Assembly (NCBI RefSeq): GCF_001194135.2
Contig: NC_068982.1
Location: 126,604,799-126,668,798 of the forward strand
DNA: 64,000 bases
Direction of reading: 5' to 3'
Source of the DNA: Octopus bimaculoides
Lineage: Eukaryota
The position numbers and the translations under genes were made by a program. Of this stretch, positions 12,541-23,650 are shown piece by piece (position 1 is the stretch's first letter; every line of letters starts with the position of its first letter). The notes below the pieces were generated by a model. The model was not told where the DNA came from, searched no databases, and worked only from the letters and a program-made list of their open reading frames with translations.

Positions 12541-13004
12541 TCCTACATTGTATAGGCTAATATAATTTAATATGATGCAGGGAATTGCTGGAGAAAATTC
12601 CAATATTTTTATACTTTAAATCAGCGGATGATAAGTTGGGTGACAGTATTGTTTGCAAACTCAGATCAAGACAGCAACTGTCAAAATGATGCTATGGAAG
12701 AAAATGGTGTTCAGAGATTCTGTGATTTTTCTCAGAAATAAAATATTTAAACTAGGTGCAATATAAATGTTTTAGATACATTTTTTACAATAAATAAATG
12801 AATAAATAATATAAAATAAAATAAGAAATTGTATTTGAGATTGAAATAAGACTAGAAAATTGTGTTCAACAGAATCCCCGAACAGAAACATGACTGATGA
12901 TTCACCAAGGTCCATTATAATTCTTTCTTCTATAGGCACAAGNNNNNNNNNNNNNNNNNNNNNNNNNNNNNNNNNNNNNNNNNNNNNNNNNNNNNNNNNN
13001 NNNN

Positions 13005-13487
13005 ATTGACAGGTACTTATTTTATCAACCCTGAAAGGATGAAAGACAAAGTCGACCTCGACGCATTTGAACTCAGTGCTTAAATAAAGGTGAGATGCCA
13101 CAGCATTTTGTCTGGTTTGCTAATATTTCTTTTCTTCTCTAGGCACAAGGCCCGAAATTTTTGGGGAAGGGGCCAGTTGATTAGTATGCAACTGGTGCAT
13201 AATTTATCAACTCCGAAAGGATGAAAGGCAAAGTCAACCTCGGCGGAATTTGCACTCAGAACGTCAAGACAGATGAAATACTGTTAAGCATTTCACCTGG
13301 CATGCTAACATTTCTGCCAGCTCGCCACCTTAAAAATATTCTTTTCTACTCTAGGCATAAGGCCCGAAATTTTGGGGGAGTAGGGTCAGTCGATTAGATT
13401 GATCCCAGTATGCAACTGGTACTTAATTTATCAACCCCAAAAGGATGAAAGGCAAAGTCACCTCTGGCAGAATTTGAACTCAGAACA
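13005..13487 (-). mobile_element. Three tandem family C SINE copies
   Basis: gaaaggatgaaaggcaaagtc(a/g)acctc occurs at ~13035, ~13215 and ~13440. Confidence 0.9.
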
Positions 13488-14779
13488 TCCAATATAATGA
13501 AATTATAAGTAGTCAACATTTCTAAGAATTTCCACAAATATTTAACACAGAGAGCACTTGTCCATAAAAATATCTAAACAGCAACACATACTGGATGGGA
13601 TAGTATAAGAAAATACGGATAATTAACTACTATGGATAATTAATTTCTCTTTGATTAAAATAACCTGCTGTTTTTGTGCTGCTTTTCTTTTCCTTGCCAA
13701 ACATACAATGAAGGCATCTGAAAAACACCATTTAGTGAAAGTGGGTGGTGCTGAGTAAGAAATGGTTGAGAACCATTATTTTAAATGATTATTTGTTTGA
13801 GCCTGAAGACCACAAATTATTCTAATATTTCTATACTTACTAATTAATTTGTTCTTTACTGCAGTGTTTTGTCCTTCAGTCTGGCACAACATAAATGGAG
13901 AAATAATTGCAAAATACCTGTTTGATGTGAAGAAAACTATTGCCTGACTTCCCAGCAATGAATAGAGAAGAGTTACAATGTTATTTGTGTGGATTCTGTA
14001 ACAACTGTTTCATTTCTGTGATTCTCTTGAGAGGTTAATTATGTTAAGGAAATTCTCACTGTATTCCATTACCTAAGATAGCAATTTATTTAAAATGGGA
14101 AATAGTTTCTTTCACTGTTTTGGCATTAAAGTCTTGAAAAAGGTAAAGGCAGTCAATGATTGAAATAACCGACCAAAAAAAAAAAACTTTCTGAATTTTT
14201 TCTTGTGCACAGAATAAAATAAATTGGAACAACATTGAGGAAAAACAAGACAAAACAAAATAAAAACAAAAAAAAACAGCAACTTATTTCTATGAGATTC
14301 TGGATGTAGACATCTATAAGACTTGGCTTGTCTTACTGAGAGCTGTTATAATTGGGAAAATAAAGTAATTTGGAATGACTCGTATATCATCCACCTTACC
14401 CCTCTACATATGGTATTTCCCATCATCTGCACCGTCAAACTTGTCCATCACTCACTACATTGACCCTGACTTCCACCTATTTACTCCCCACTCACACTCT
14501 TATGAAAGCATCTCCTCTCCTGATTCACCATCCATATCCTCTCTAATAGTCATCCCCTTGTTCTTTGGGAGTTGTTTACTCAACTACCCCCAACACTACC
14601 TCCCTTTTATCTCCTCTGTAGCAAGACTCCTGTGCTTGTCCCTTCTATCATATTTTAGTTTTTCAACACCTGACATACTTACTATCCACCTCCACCTCCC
14701 TCCCTCCCCCAAACACTTCCTCTTAGCAGTGGAACCCTTTCCCTTTTTCTTTGTTTTTTTTTTCTGTCTTGCATATTAC

Positions 14780-15197
14780 ATGGCAACCTCACTTGTGCTG
14801 GTGCTACATAAAAAAAAAGCACCCAGTACACTCTGTAAAGTGGTTAGCATTAGGAAGGGTATCTAGTCATAGAAACCATGCCAAAGGGGACACTGAAGCT
14901 TGATGCAGCCCTGAAGCTCACTGGCTCCCTGTCAAATCGTCCTACCAGTGCCAGCATCATCATCATCATCGTCGTCGTTTAACGTCCGCTTTCCATGCTA
15001 GCATGGATTGGACGATTTGACTGAGGACTGGTGAAACCAGATGGCTACACCAGGCACCAATCTGATTTGGCAGAGTTTCTACAGCTGGATACCCTTCCTA
15101 ACGCCAACCACTCAGAGAATGTAGTGGGTGCTTTTACGTGTCACCCGCACAAAGGTCAGTCAGGCGGTACTGGCAATGGCCATGCTCAAAATGGTGT
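14780..15197. mobile_element. Two family A 3' ends joined tail-to-tail (+ 14780-14957, - 14950-15197)
   Basis: Plus copy stops at ccagcat, where the (cat)n tail of the minus copy begins. Confidence 0.85.
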
Positions 15198-15577
15198 NNN
15201 NNNNNNNNNNNNNNNNNNNNNNNNNNNNNNNNNNNNNNNNNNNNNNNNNNNNNNNNNNNNNNNNNNNNNNNNNNNNNNNNNNNNNNNNNNNNNNNNNNNN
15301 NNNNNNNNNNNNNNNNNNNNNNNNNNNNNNNNNNNNNNNNNNNNNNNNNNNNNNNNNNNNNNNNNNNNNNNNNNNNNNNNNNNNNNNNNNNNNNNNNNNN
15401 NNNNNNNNNNNNNNNNNNNNNNNNNNNNNNNNNNNNNNNNNNNNNNNNNNNNNNNNNNNNNNNNNNNNNNNNNNNNNNNNNNNNNNNNNNNNNNNNNNNN
15501 NNNNNNNNNNNNNNNNNNNNNNNNNNNNNNNNNNNNNNNNNNNNNNNNNNNNNNNNNNNNNNNNNNNNNNNNNNNNC

Positions 15578-15583
15578 GATGAC

Positions 15584-15630
<47 letters not shown>

Positions 15631-15745
15631 CGACGACGATGACGATGATGACGATGATGATGACGATGACGATGATGACGATGATGATGATGATGATGAG
15701 GAGGAGGAGGAGGAGGAGGAGGAGGAGGAGGGGGAGGAGAAGGAT
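15578..15745. repeat. (GAT/GAC)n-(GAG)n microsatellite
   Basis: Directly visible. Confidence 0.95.
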
Positions 15746-16141
15746 TAGTGATAGTCGACACAATGGTATGGGAGTAAAATACTTGTGAATTGAATCCATA
15801 ATTTGGTTTTGATTTCTAGTTGGTGGTCCATCAGTTAAGTTGTACAACCTCCCGGAAAAAGAATGAATATTATTCAAAAACTATACATTTTCTCTCTGTA
15901 TAAACCTGAAACGTCATATGTCGACAAAAGAGAATTTGTTATAAGGTAGCTGTTGTGGCTTGGTGGTAAATTCTCTGAAACAAATCTGACAATTCAGTTT
16001 CAATATTTAATTGTAGCTGTAACAGTCATATCTTTAATGCTCATGGGAGAGACAAAATATGAAAAGTTTACAATGCTTTCCACTAATCTATTGCAATGTA
16101 ACTTTATGTCAAATTAAGAAACAATTATTAATACGACTGAC

Positions 16142-16380
16142 ACATTCTGTAGAAAGAATTTCTTTGAAAATAACATAGAATTCTTTGCTGGATGTTGACA
16201 AAAGAATATCAAGACTGTATTCAATACATTTGCTGAAACACTTGTGTGTTGCCTGGGAAATACAAACTACTTCACTTCTGCATGCCTTTATATAACATAA
16301 GAAGACATTCAAGGAATACCTTGACGATTTTGACAAGAATATAGCTCTGGCAGTTCCAAGGAACCAATTGTTGTAGCTGA
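16142..16380 (-). CDS. Candidate exon(s) within the 110-aa minus ORF (SYNNWFLGTARAIFLSKSS..KEILSTEC)
   Basis: Strong acceptor ttattttctttaacag at 16381; long non-repetitive ORF; alternative internal donor at 16320 and acceptor near 16253 leave the frame ambiguous. Confidence 0.35.
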
Positions 16381-16574
16381 CTGTTAAAGAAAATAATTTA
16401 ATAATTTTCCATAATGTTATTATTTCAAATAAAATTTTCAATATAATTTCTGAAAATGCATCTGCTTTGCCATTCCATTGCCATCTTCAAGGAAGACCTG
16501 TAGTGCCATCACAGAATGTTTCCTGAAAATTATATTTCTGTGATAAAAAAAACTAAAGTATAGACACATTTATC

Positions 16575-18003
16575 ATAGGCGCAGGTGTTGCTGTGTTGTA
16601 AGAAGTTTGCTTCCCTGCCTCATGGTTCTGGGTTCAGTCCCACTGCATGGCACCTTGCGCAAGTGTCTTCTAACTATATTTGGATGTGTAATGTCAGTGT
16701 TCATACTCGATAGAGTGTAAGTACCTTGAGAGAAAAGTTGGACCTAGGAAGCATCAGTTGTGGTGTGCAAGAGAGGCGATTACACTGATATGGTCATGTA
16801 GCAAGAATGGATGAGGATCGCTGTGTGAAAAAGTGCCACGCCCTAGCGGTTGAGAGAACCTGTGGAAGAGGTAGACCCAGGAAGACCTGGGATGAGGTGG
16901 TGAAGCACAACCTTTGAACATTAGACCTCACCAAGGCAATGACTTGTGATCGAGACCTTTGGAAATATGCTGTGCGTGAGAAGACCCGGCAAGCCAAGTG
17001 AAACCATAACCAGGAGTGTAGCCAGCCCATTTATGTGTACCTTTCCTTCATTGGACACTAAACTCTGCTTGCAAAGACCTGTTGAGGCAAGTGAAATTGA
17101 AATCGAAATCAAACCTAATTCGATGACTGGCACCCATGCCAACCTTTCCTTCACTGGACACTAAACTCTGCCTATGAAGACCTGTTGGGGCAAGTGAAAT
17201 CAAAATCGAAATTGAAACAAATTCGATGACTGGCACCTGTGCCAGTGGAGCACTAACAGCACCAAACTAAATTTGATGACTGGCGCCCATGCCAGTGGAG
17301 TGCTAACAGCACTGTCCGAGCATGATCATTGCCAGAGCAGCTGTCTGGCTTCCATGTCGGTGGCACGTAAATAGCACCTTTTGAGTGTGATCGTTACCAG
17401 TGTCGCCTTACTGGTACTTGTGCCAGTGGCACGTGAGAAAACATTCAAGCAAGGTCATTGCTAGTGCCGCTGGACTGGCTCCTGTGCAGGTGGCACGTAA
17501 AAAACACTATTTTGAGCGTGGCCATTGCCAGTACCGGCTGACTGCACCCCGTGCCAGTGGTACATAAATGTACCCACTACACTCTCAGAGTGGTTGGTGT
17601 TAGGAAGGGCATCCAGCTGTAGAAACTCAGCCAGATCAGATTGGAACCTGGTGCAGCCATCTGGTTCGCCAGTCCTCAGTCAAATCATCCAACCCATGCT
17701 AGCATGGAAAGCGGATGTTAAACAATGATGATGATGATGATGATAATGAAATATATATTTTTGTCTTTGTGTCTGTGTTTGTTCCCCCATCATCGCTTGC
17801 CCTTCCTACCGTTGCTTGTTGCTCCACTGTCATTTGACAATCGATGCTGATGTGTTTATGTCCCCATAACTAGCAGTTCAGCAAAGGAGACTGATAAAAT
17901 AAGTACCAAGTTTACAAAGAATAAGCTCTGGAGTCATCTAGTTCAACTAAAAAGCAGTGCTCCTGCATGGCCGCACTCAAGTGAGTAAAACAAGTAAAAG
18001 AAT
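16575..18003 (+). mobile_element. Family B SINE split by the RTE insertion (head 16575-16680, tail 17755-18003)
   Basis: Head ataggcgcagg..gggttcagtccc; tail tgtgtctgtgtttg..ctcctgcatggccgcactc. Confidence 0.75.
16686..17745 (+). mobile_element. Family A RTE LINE: ORF2 C-terminus plus complete 3'UTR
   Basis: My translation: VSTLREKLDLGSISCGVQERRLH*YGHVARMDEDRCVKKCHALAVERTCGRGRPRKTWDEVVK.. (RL.W.GHV.RM..GRPR..W); ~105-bp internal duplication at 17040-17250; (gat)n tail. Confidence 0.92.
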
Positions 18004-18347
18004 ATATGCATGTATATATGTATGTATGCATGTATGTATGTATGTATGTATGTATGTATGTATGCATGTATATGTGCATCTGTCTGTCTGTTTATCTATG
18101 TCACTATCGATATCTAGCCATTTTACACACATATGCACACACAAGCACGCATGCATGCTCATGCACACGCACACACATACACACACACACACACACACAC
18201 GCACACACACACACACGCACACACAAGATACAAAATTGTCTACTTGATCCCTTTTAAAAACGGCAACCTTCAACCAACTTCAAATTAGGTCACAGATATC
18301 AAAGTTAAAAACTTGTGATTTAATAATATCAAGATCTATTGGTTCAC

Positions 18348-18391
18348 CTGAAGACAAGTTACCAGCTGACCTCTTGCCAGATGGTATACTT
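18348..18391 (-). CDS. Candidate exon (xVYHLARGQLVTCLQ), WD40-like
   Basis: Acceptor aatttctctag, donor cag|gtgaac; resembles v(w/y)dl.tG..v..L; an open plus-strand frame also exists. Confidence 0.3.
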
Positions 18392-18678
18392 CTAGAGAAA
18401 TTTTCAGTCGGCAAAAATGAAAAGTTGGTCACCAAAGAAAGAATTATAAAGCAAATTTATTGTTTCTTAACAAAAGGATGTCTCTATAATTTGTTCCTCA
18501 TTTGTATGTCCCACTTTCTCTATGCTGGCTTGGGTTGAAAGTAAAATCTTAGAGTTGTTTTTAACGACTGGATGTCTTTCCTGTTGCTAACCCTTGTCTT
18601 ATTTTTAATCATGTAAAGTGTTATTCATCTGACCTTTGTACACTGAAACCACTAATCTGCAAGTTATACTGTTCTTGG

Positions 18679-19057
18679 GTGGAGGCACAATGGCCCAGTG
18701 GTTAGGGCAGCGGACTCGCAGTCATAGGATCGCAGTTTCGATTCCTGGACCGGGCGTTGTGAGTGTTTATTGAGCGAAAACACCAAAAGCTCCATGAGAC
18801 TCCGGCAGGGGATGGTGGTGAACCCTGCTGTACTCTTTCACCACAACTTTCTCTCACTCTTACTTCCTGTTTCTGTTGTGCCTGTAATTCAAAGGGCCAG
18901 CCTTGTCACACTGTGTCACGCTGAATATCCCTGAGAACTATGTTAAGGGTACACATGTCTGTGGAGTGCTCAGCCACTTGCACGTTAATTTCACAAGCAG
19001 GTTGTTCCGTTGATCAGATCAACTGGAACCCTCGACGTCGTAACCGACGGAGTGCCA
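18679..19057 (+). mobile_element. Family E tRNA-derived SINE, full length, 11-bp TSD
   Basis: Box A tggcccagtggttagg, box B gtttcgattcc; TSD actgttcttgg at 18668-18678 and 19058-19068. Confidence 0.92.
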
Positions 19058-19299
19058 ACTGTTCTTGGAGAACATACAGAAATATTCTCCACTGCTCATG
19101 TGGAACCAACACCAATGACCTCACCTTGAAACTTTCATGACTTAAGGGCCTCTTTATGTCCTTATTACAGAAGGAGAATAGAAGAGATATAGATAGATAG
19201 ATAAATAGAGAGAGAGAGAGAGAGAGATGGTTTTGTCAAGGTGATGAGAGAGAGTAAAGTACTAACTGTGATGACCCATCCAACCCATCGAAAGAAATA

Positions 19300-19465
19300 T
19301 TCAAACACATACATACCTGAAGTTACTCTATCCAGATTACAAGTTCAGGTTTATACCTGTAATTACTGGGGCACTGGGATTCTCTGCTAAATACCAATCT
19401 TGAGAAATTAGACTTCTCAAAACCAGAAAGGAGAAAGCTGATTTGAAGACTACAGATTTAAGCCA
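19300..19465 (+). mobile_element. R4/Dong-like LINE C-terminal remnant
   Basis: YLKLLYPDYKFRFIPVITGALG..NLEKLDFSKPERRKLI*RLQ; homologous to 36125-36310 and the 22290-23050 end. Confidence 0.7.
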
Positions 19466-20124
19466 TGTGCAATGGCCATACTCGATGGTAGTGGTGGTGG
19501 TGGTGGTAGTAGTGATGATGGTGATGCTGGTGGTAGTGCTGCTGTTGATGATGATGGTGATAATGGTGTGGTTGTGGAGTGATGGTGGTGTTGGAGTTGT
19601 TGGTGGTTGTGGCAGTCATGGAGAGGAATATGATAATTGGAATTAAAAAAAAAAAAATAACCTATTAACTCAGTTGATGCCATTTCAGTTCCGACCAGTT
19701 CTGGTCCAATAATTGAAATCTTCCTATTTTTCCCCTTTAGCAGTCAGACAAACCATATATACAGCCCATATATTCTGCATGCTTTATGCTCAAACAGACC
19801 AGATCCACCTACCCTATGATACCATTCCAAAAATATATAAACACATGGTAGAGGCCTTAAAGTTACAACATAATGCATTATTGATAAAAAAGAAGCATTA
19901 GATTTGACAGAATAATCAGTGATAAAGGGTTGAATTGTTCTTTTCCTAAATCAAAATCTTACAAGATATTCCAAGTATTTTTTTGTTATATTGCAAATGC
20001 ACTGCTTAATGATTGCGAATGGGTTAAAAGATTTTCCACATAATTTTTCAAGACATGCCAGCAAAAAAAAAAAAAAGAAGGGAAAAGTTTCACCTAGGTT
20101 TAATTTAAGGAATTGCAGCTCAGT

Positions 20125-20630
20125 CCTCCTCCTCCTCCTCCTCCTCCNNNNNNNNNNNNNNNNNNNNNNNNNNNNNNNNNNNNNNNNNNNNNNNNNNNNN
20201 NNNNNNNNNNNNNNNNNNNNNNNNNNNNNNNNNNNNNNNNNNNNNNNNNNNNNNNNNNNNNNNNNNNNNNNNNNNNNNNNNNNNNNNNNNNNNNNNNNNN
20301 NNNNNNNNNNNNNNNNNNNNNNNNNNNNNNNNNNNNNNNNNNNNNNNNNNNNNNNNNNCACCCTCCCTCTCCCTTGGCCTTTTACCCCCCCTTTATTCTC
20401 ATCATCACAGCCACCACTGCTGCTGTTGTCATCTTCACCACAGCTACTGATACTATCCCTCTTGTTGTTGCTATCATTGTTGTCATTGTAGTCATCACCA
20501 CTACCACTACTGCTGCCACCATCACCACCTTCGCCACCACCATTACCACTATAACTTCCACCACTACCACCACCACCACCACTGCCTCCTCTTCCACCAT
20601 TGCCAGCCCCCACCCTCCATCATCATTAGT
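20125..20630. repeat. (CCT)n, gap, degenerate (CAC/CAT)n low-complexity tract
   Basis: Directly visible. Confidence 0.9.
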
Positions 20631-20993
20631 GATGGCATGAATAGAATGGAACCAACCAGTCTCTTGACAGAGGCAATTCTAGAGCCTCCAGGCTTGTGTA
20701 GAACAGCAAATTGGTGTCTTTATGTCATATTGCAGCTATGTTGATTCTATGAATGCAGAGAGAAGCTTATGGATGCTCAAATCTTCTCTTGGAGCTTTTT
20801 AAAAAAAAATATCAGTCAAGCAGGCAACTAAGGAAATACAATAATGGAATATCTAAGTAAATAAACATTGTAGTAATTCAACCATGTCGTTTACATTTTG
20901 AGTTCAAACCCCACTAAAGTCATAAGTAGTTGACCAGCATCTTAGAGAGAAAACTAGTTACAACATTCAAAATATCTTGTCTCCAGGGCACCT

Positions 20994-21165
20994 TAATCCT
21001 TTCTATACCAAACTGCCTAAAACCACTTCTGGCTCAGTAGTACAAATGTTTTGTTTTCATAAGTTTTGAATTAAAATCTTCCATCAAACCTTGGTCACAA
21101 TTTGTGTTCCTAACACTAGCTTAATGATAACTAAGCTATTTTACTAAATTATTTGTTGTATTTAA
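20994..21165 (+). mobile_element. piggyBac-like MITE, partial
   Basis: Begins ttaatccttt; body similar to 58903-59133. Confidence 0.45.
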
Positions 21166-21166
21166 A

Positions 21167-21573
21167 ACTAGAAAAGCACTTGGAGAGCACAGACCTCTGC
21201 CAAGCAGTTCATTTTAAGATAGATACACGAGTGAAATTACTAATAGAGAAACGAAAATAAACTTTGGAAACAGCAACACCACCATAGGTTACATGAAGAC
21301 GATGAACGTTTTTTCAAGGGAGATAATCAAAGAATGTAACATTGTAATACTTCATGTAGAGTAAATATAACAAATGAAAAATCCTTCACGAATCCTTAAA
21401 AATTCTTGGATCACTATCAAAATTTGATCATCTGTTCCTTGTGTCCTTACCAACTTTTCCTGCAAGTTTCATAAAATAATGTTCACAACTTTTTGAGTCA
21501 TTTTGCACACAGACGGACAGACAGACAAACCAACACCGATGGAAACATAACCTTCTTCCTTGGTGGAGGTAAT
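21167..21573. mobile_element. Helentron/HINE-like element, related subfamily
   Basis: Starts aaagcacttggagagcacagacctctgccaag, internal (gaca)n, ends ccttggtggaggtaat; same architecture as 52030-52398. Confidence 0.6.
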
Positions 21574-22289
21574 TAATTGAAAGAAACACAGAATATCTCA
21601 AAAGAAATACAGTAATGAAAGCGTTAACCCATTTGATACTGTGAGGGAATCATTAATTATCAGTTCCTGCATTTCACTATATTTTATCTTATCTGTTGTG
21701 TCACCAAACTTTCCCCCACATATATCAGGTATATACGGGTTTAAGCCCATTTTATTTGTTTATTTATCAATTTATTTTATTAACTCACAATTAGTAAGCA
21801 ATTCATATTGTTGGCTACAAGTTTCCAAAAGGCTAGTTGTTGGTTCATGGTTCGCTGCATTTCTGATAGTATGAGTGACAAGAGATTGCCAATATTTTAT
21901 CTTTGTCTCTCATCAATGTTGGCACCCTATATAATATATACATTGGCCAAATATATACACATGCATACATATATAGTGGTGGCTGTTGACTCATTACATA
22001 AGTATGACCATTGTTGACATATTGCTTCATTCCTGATGTTAAAGACCATGGCTGTCAGCAATGCTCTTGCTGAAATTTGAAGTCAATAACGGTTTGCATA
22101 ATACCTACCTACAAGCTTATCTACCTGCCTACCTACCTACCTACCTACCTACCTACCTACCTACCTACCTACATACATACATACATACATACCTACATAC
22201 AAACATGCATACATATATCCCAAAAGAAAGCCTGCATGAAAAAATCAGCATTCCAAAAAAGGACTATGCATAGCATGTTTTCCAAAGGC

Positions 22290-23050
22290 TTGATGAAAAC
22301 AATAATAGCGACATGAAGCGCAACCTGCCTCTCTTGGACTCCTGACTGCTACATCACATCACGCTTTGAAAGTTATGCATTTGCAATCCCAGAACAGGAG
22401 ATTGCTACTAAATACCTAATCAACAAAAGAGACAGTGAAGCCAATGGAGCTCCAAGATGCAACTGAAAATGTAGATTATGTCATGTTTCTGTAGAAGACA
22501 TCACACATGTGATTAGCAGCTGCCCAAAAATGCCATCAAGTTACTACCTCCCTATGTGACATGATGTTGCAAAAACAATAGACAATACCATCTAGAAAGA
22601 AGACTGTCCTGGAATAAATATAGAGACGCCCACCACCACTGTTATTGAATACATACAAGAACATCAATAGAAAGAATATTGATAGACATTCCCATCAAAT
22701 CTACTCTCAAGTGTAAACATAACAGTCCAGATGTTGTTGTTTGGTTCAGACAAGAAAATGTATGTACTGTTATAGAGGTTAACTGTCCTGCTAATGTCAA
22801 TATCTCTTCAAAAATGAAAGAGAAAAAAAGATAGCTATGGACAATTACTTCGAAATCTCCAGATTCTAAAGCAAGATTATAAATTCACATTTATATCGAT
22901 AATAATTGGTGACTTGTTCTGTGGGTCAGTACCTAAGTGACAATCGAGAAAAACTAGGGCTTTCAGAAAAAGAAATCAACCAGCTAATTACAAATACAAT
23001 CTGTAAGTGGTACAATAAAAATATGCAAGACATTTCTCAAGTTTAAAATG
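22290..23050 (+). pseudogene. R4/Dong-clade LINE remnant: CCHC zinc knuckle plus REL endonuclease, many stops/frameshifts
   Basis: My translation: ..ESYAFAIPEQEIATKYL..KCRLCHVSVEDITHVISSCPKM..KHNSPDVVVW..VIEVNCPANVNIS..YGQLLRNLQILKQDYKF. Confidence 0.85.
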
Positions 23051-23149
23051 ATACTTTGTTTTTATTATTTGCATCTTAATGATGGAGCTTTGAATTTTTG
23101 TTAGAAACCATTCCTTCCTTGGAGGAAGAATTCAAATAATCAAAAACAG

Positions 23150-23420
23150 AAGAAATCATTTGTACACAAATTCAGTAGAAGATATGACACATGATTAGCA
23201 ACTGGCCGAAAATATTGTCTTGCTACTATTTCCTATTGCAAACATGATGCTATTGCAAAATCAGTATGGTATACCATCCATTGGAAAGACTGTCCTGAGA
23301 TAAATATAGAGAACACCTCTGTTCTGAACATATATGTATCTATCAACACAAGGAATATTGGTTGAACGTTTGCATCAAAACAACTATAAGCATAACAGGC
23401 CTGATATTTGTATGGAACAG
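23150..23420 (+). pseudogene. Second decayed copy of the same R4/Dong-like segment
   Basis: Collinear similarity to ~22490-22740 (gtagaagatatgacacatg..aagcataacaggcctgat = KHNRPD). Confidence 0.7.
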
Positions 23421-23499
23421 AAAAAAATCATGTGCAGTTACAGAGGTATGCAGCAGATGCAAACATTTCTTCCAAAATCAAAAATAAATACACAAATGT

Positions 23500-23650
23500 G
23501 CACAGGTGTGGCTGTGTGGTAAGAAGTTTGTTTGCCAACCACATGGTTCTAGGTTCAGTTCCACTGTGTGGTACTTTGGGCAAGCATTTTCTACAATAGC
23601 CTTGGGCCAAACAAAGCCCTTTGATAGGCAGAAACTGAAAGAAGCCTGTT
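23500..23650 (+). mobile_element. Family B SINE head
   Basis: caggtgtggctgtgtggtaagaag..gaaactgaaagaagcctgtt. Confidence 0.85.

Noticed and set aside
14375-14866. 163-aa plus-strand ORF
   Set aside because: Ser/Pro/Leu-rich product of a pyrimidine-rich tract with no recognisable motif; the last ~25 codons are family A sequence.
16320-16380. Resemblance to FANCA (LQQLVPWN..Y in one frame)
   Set aside because: Too weak, frame ambiguous, and the order of the other candidate exons is inconsistent with that protein.
18679-18755. tRNA gene (also the heads of families B and C)
   Set aside because: Box A/B are present, but they continue into a repeated SINE body with TSDs, and no canonical cloverleaf was evident.
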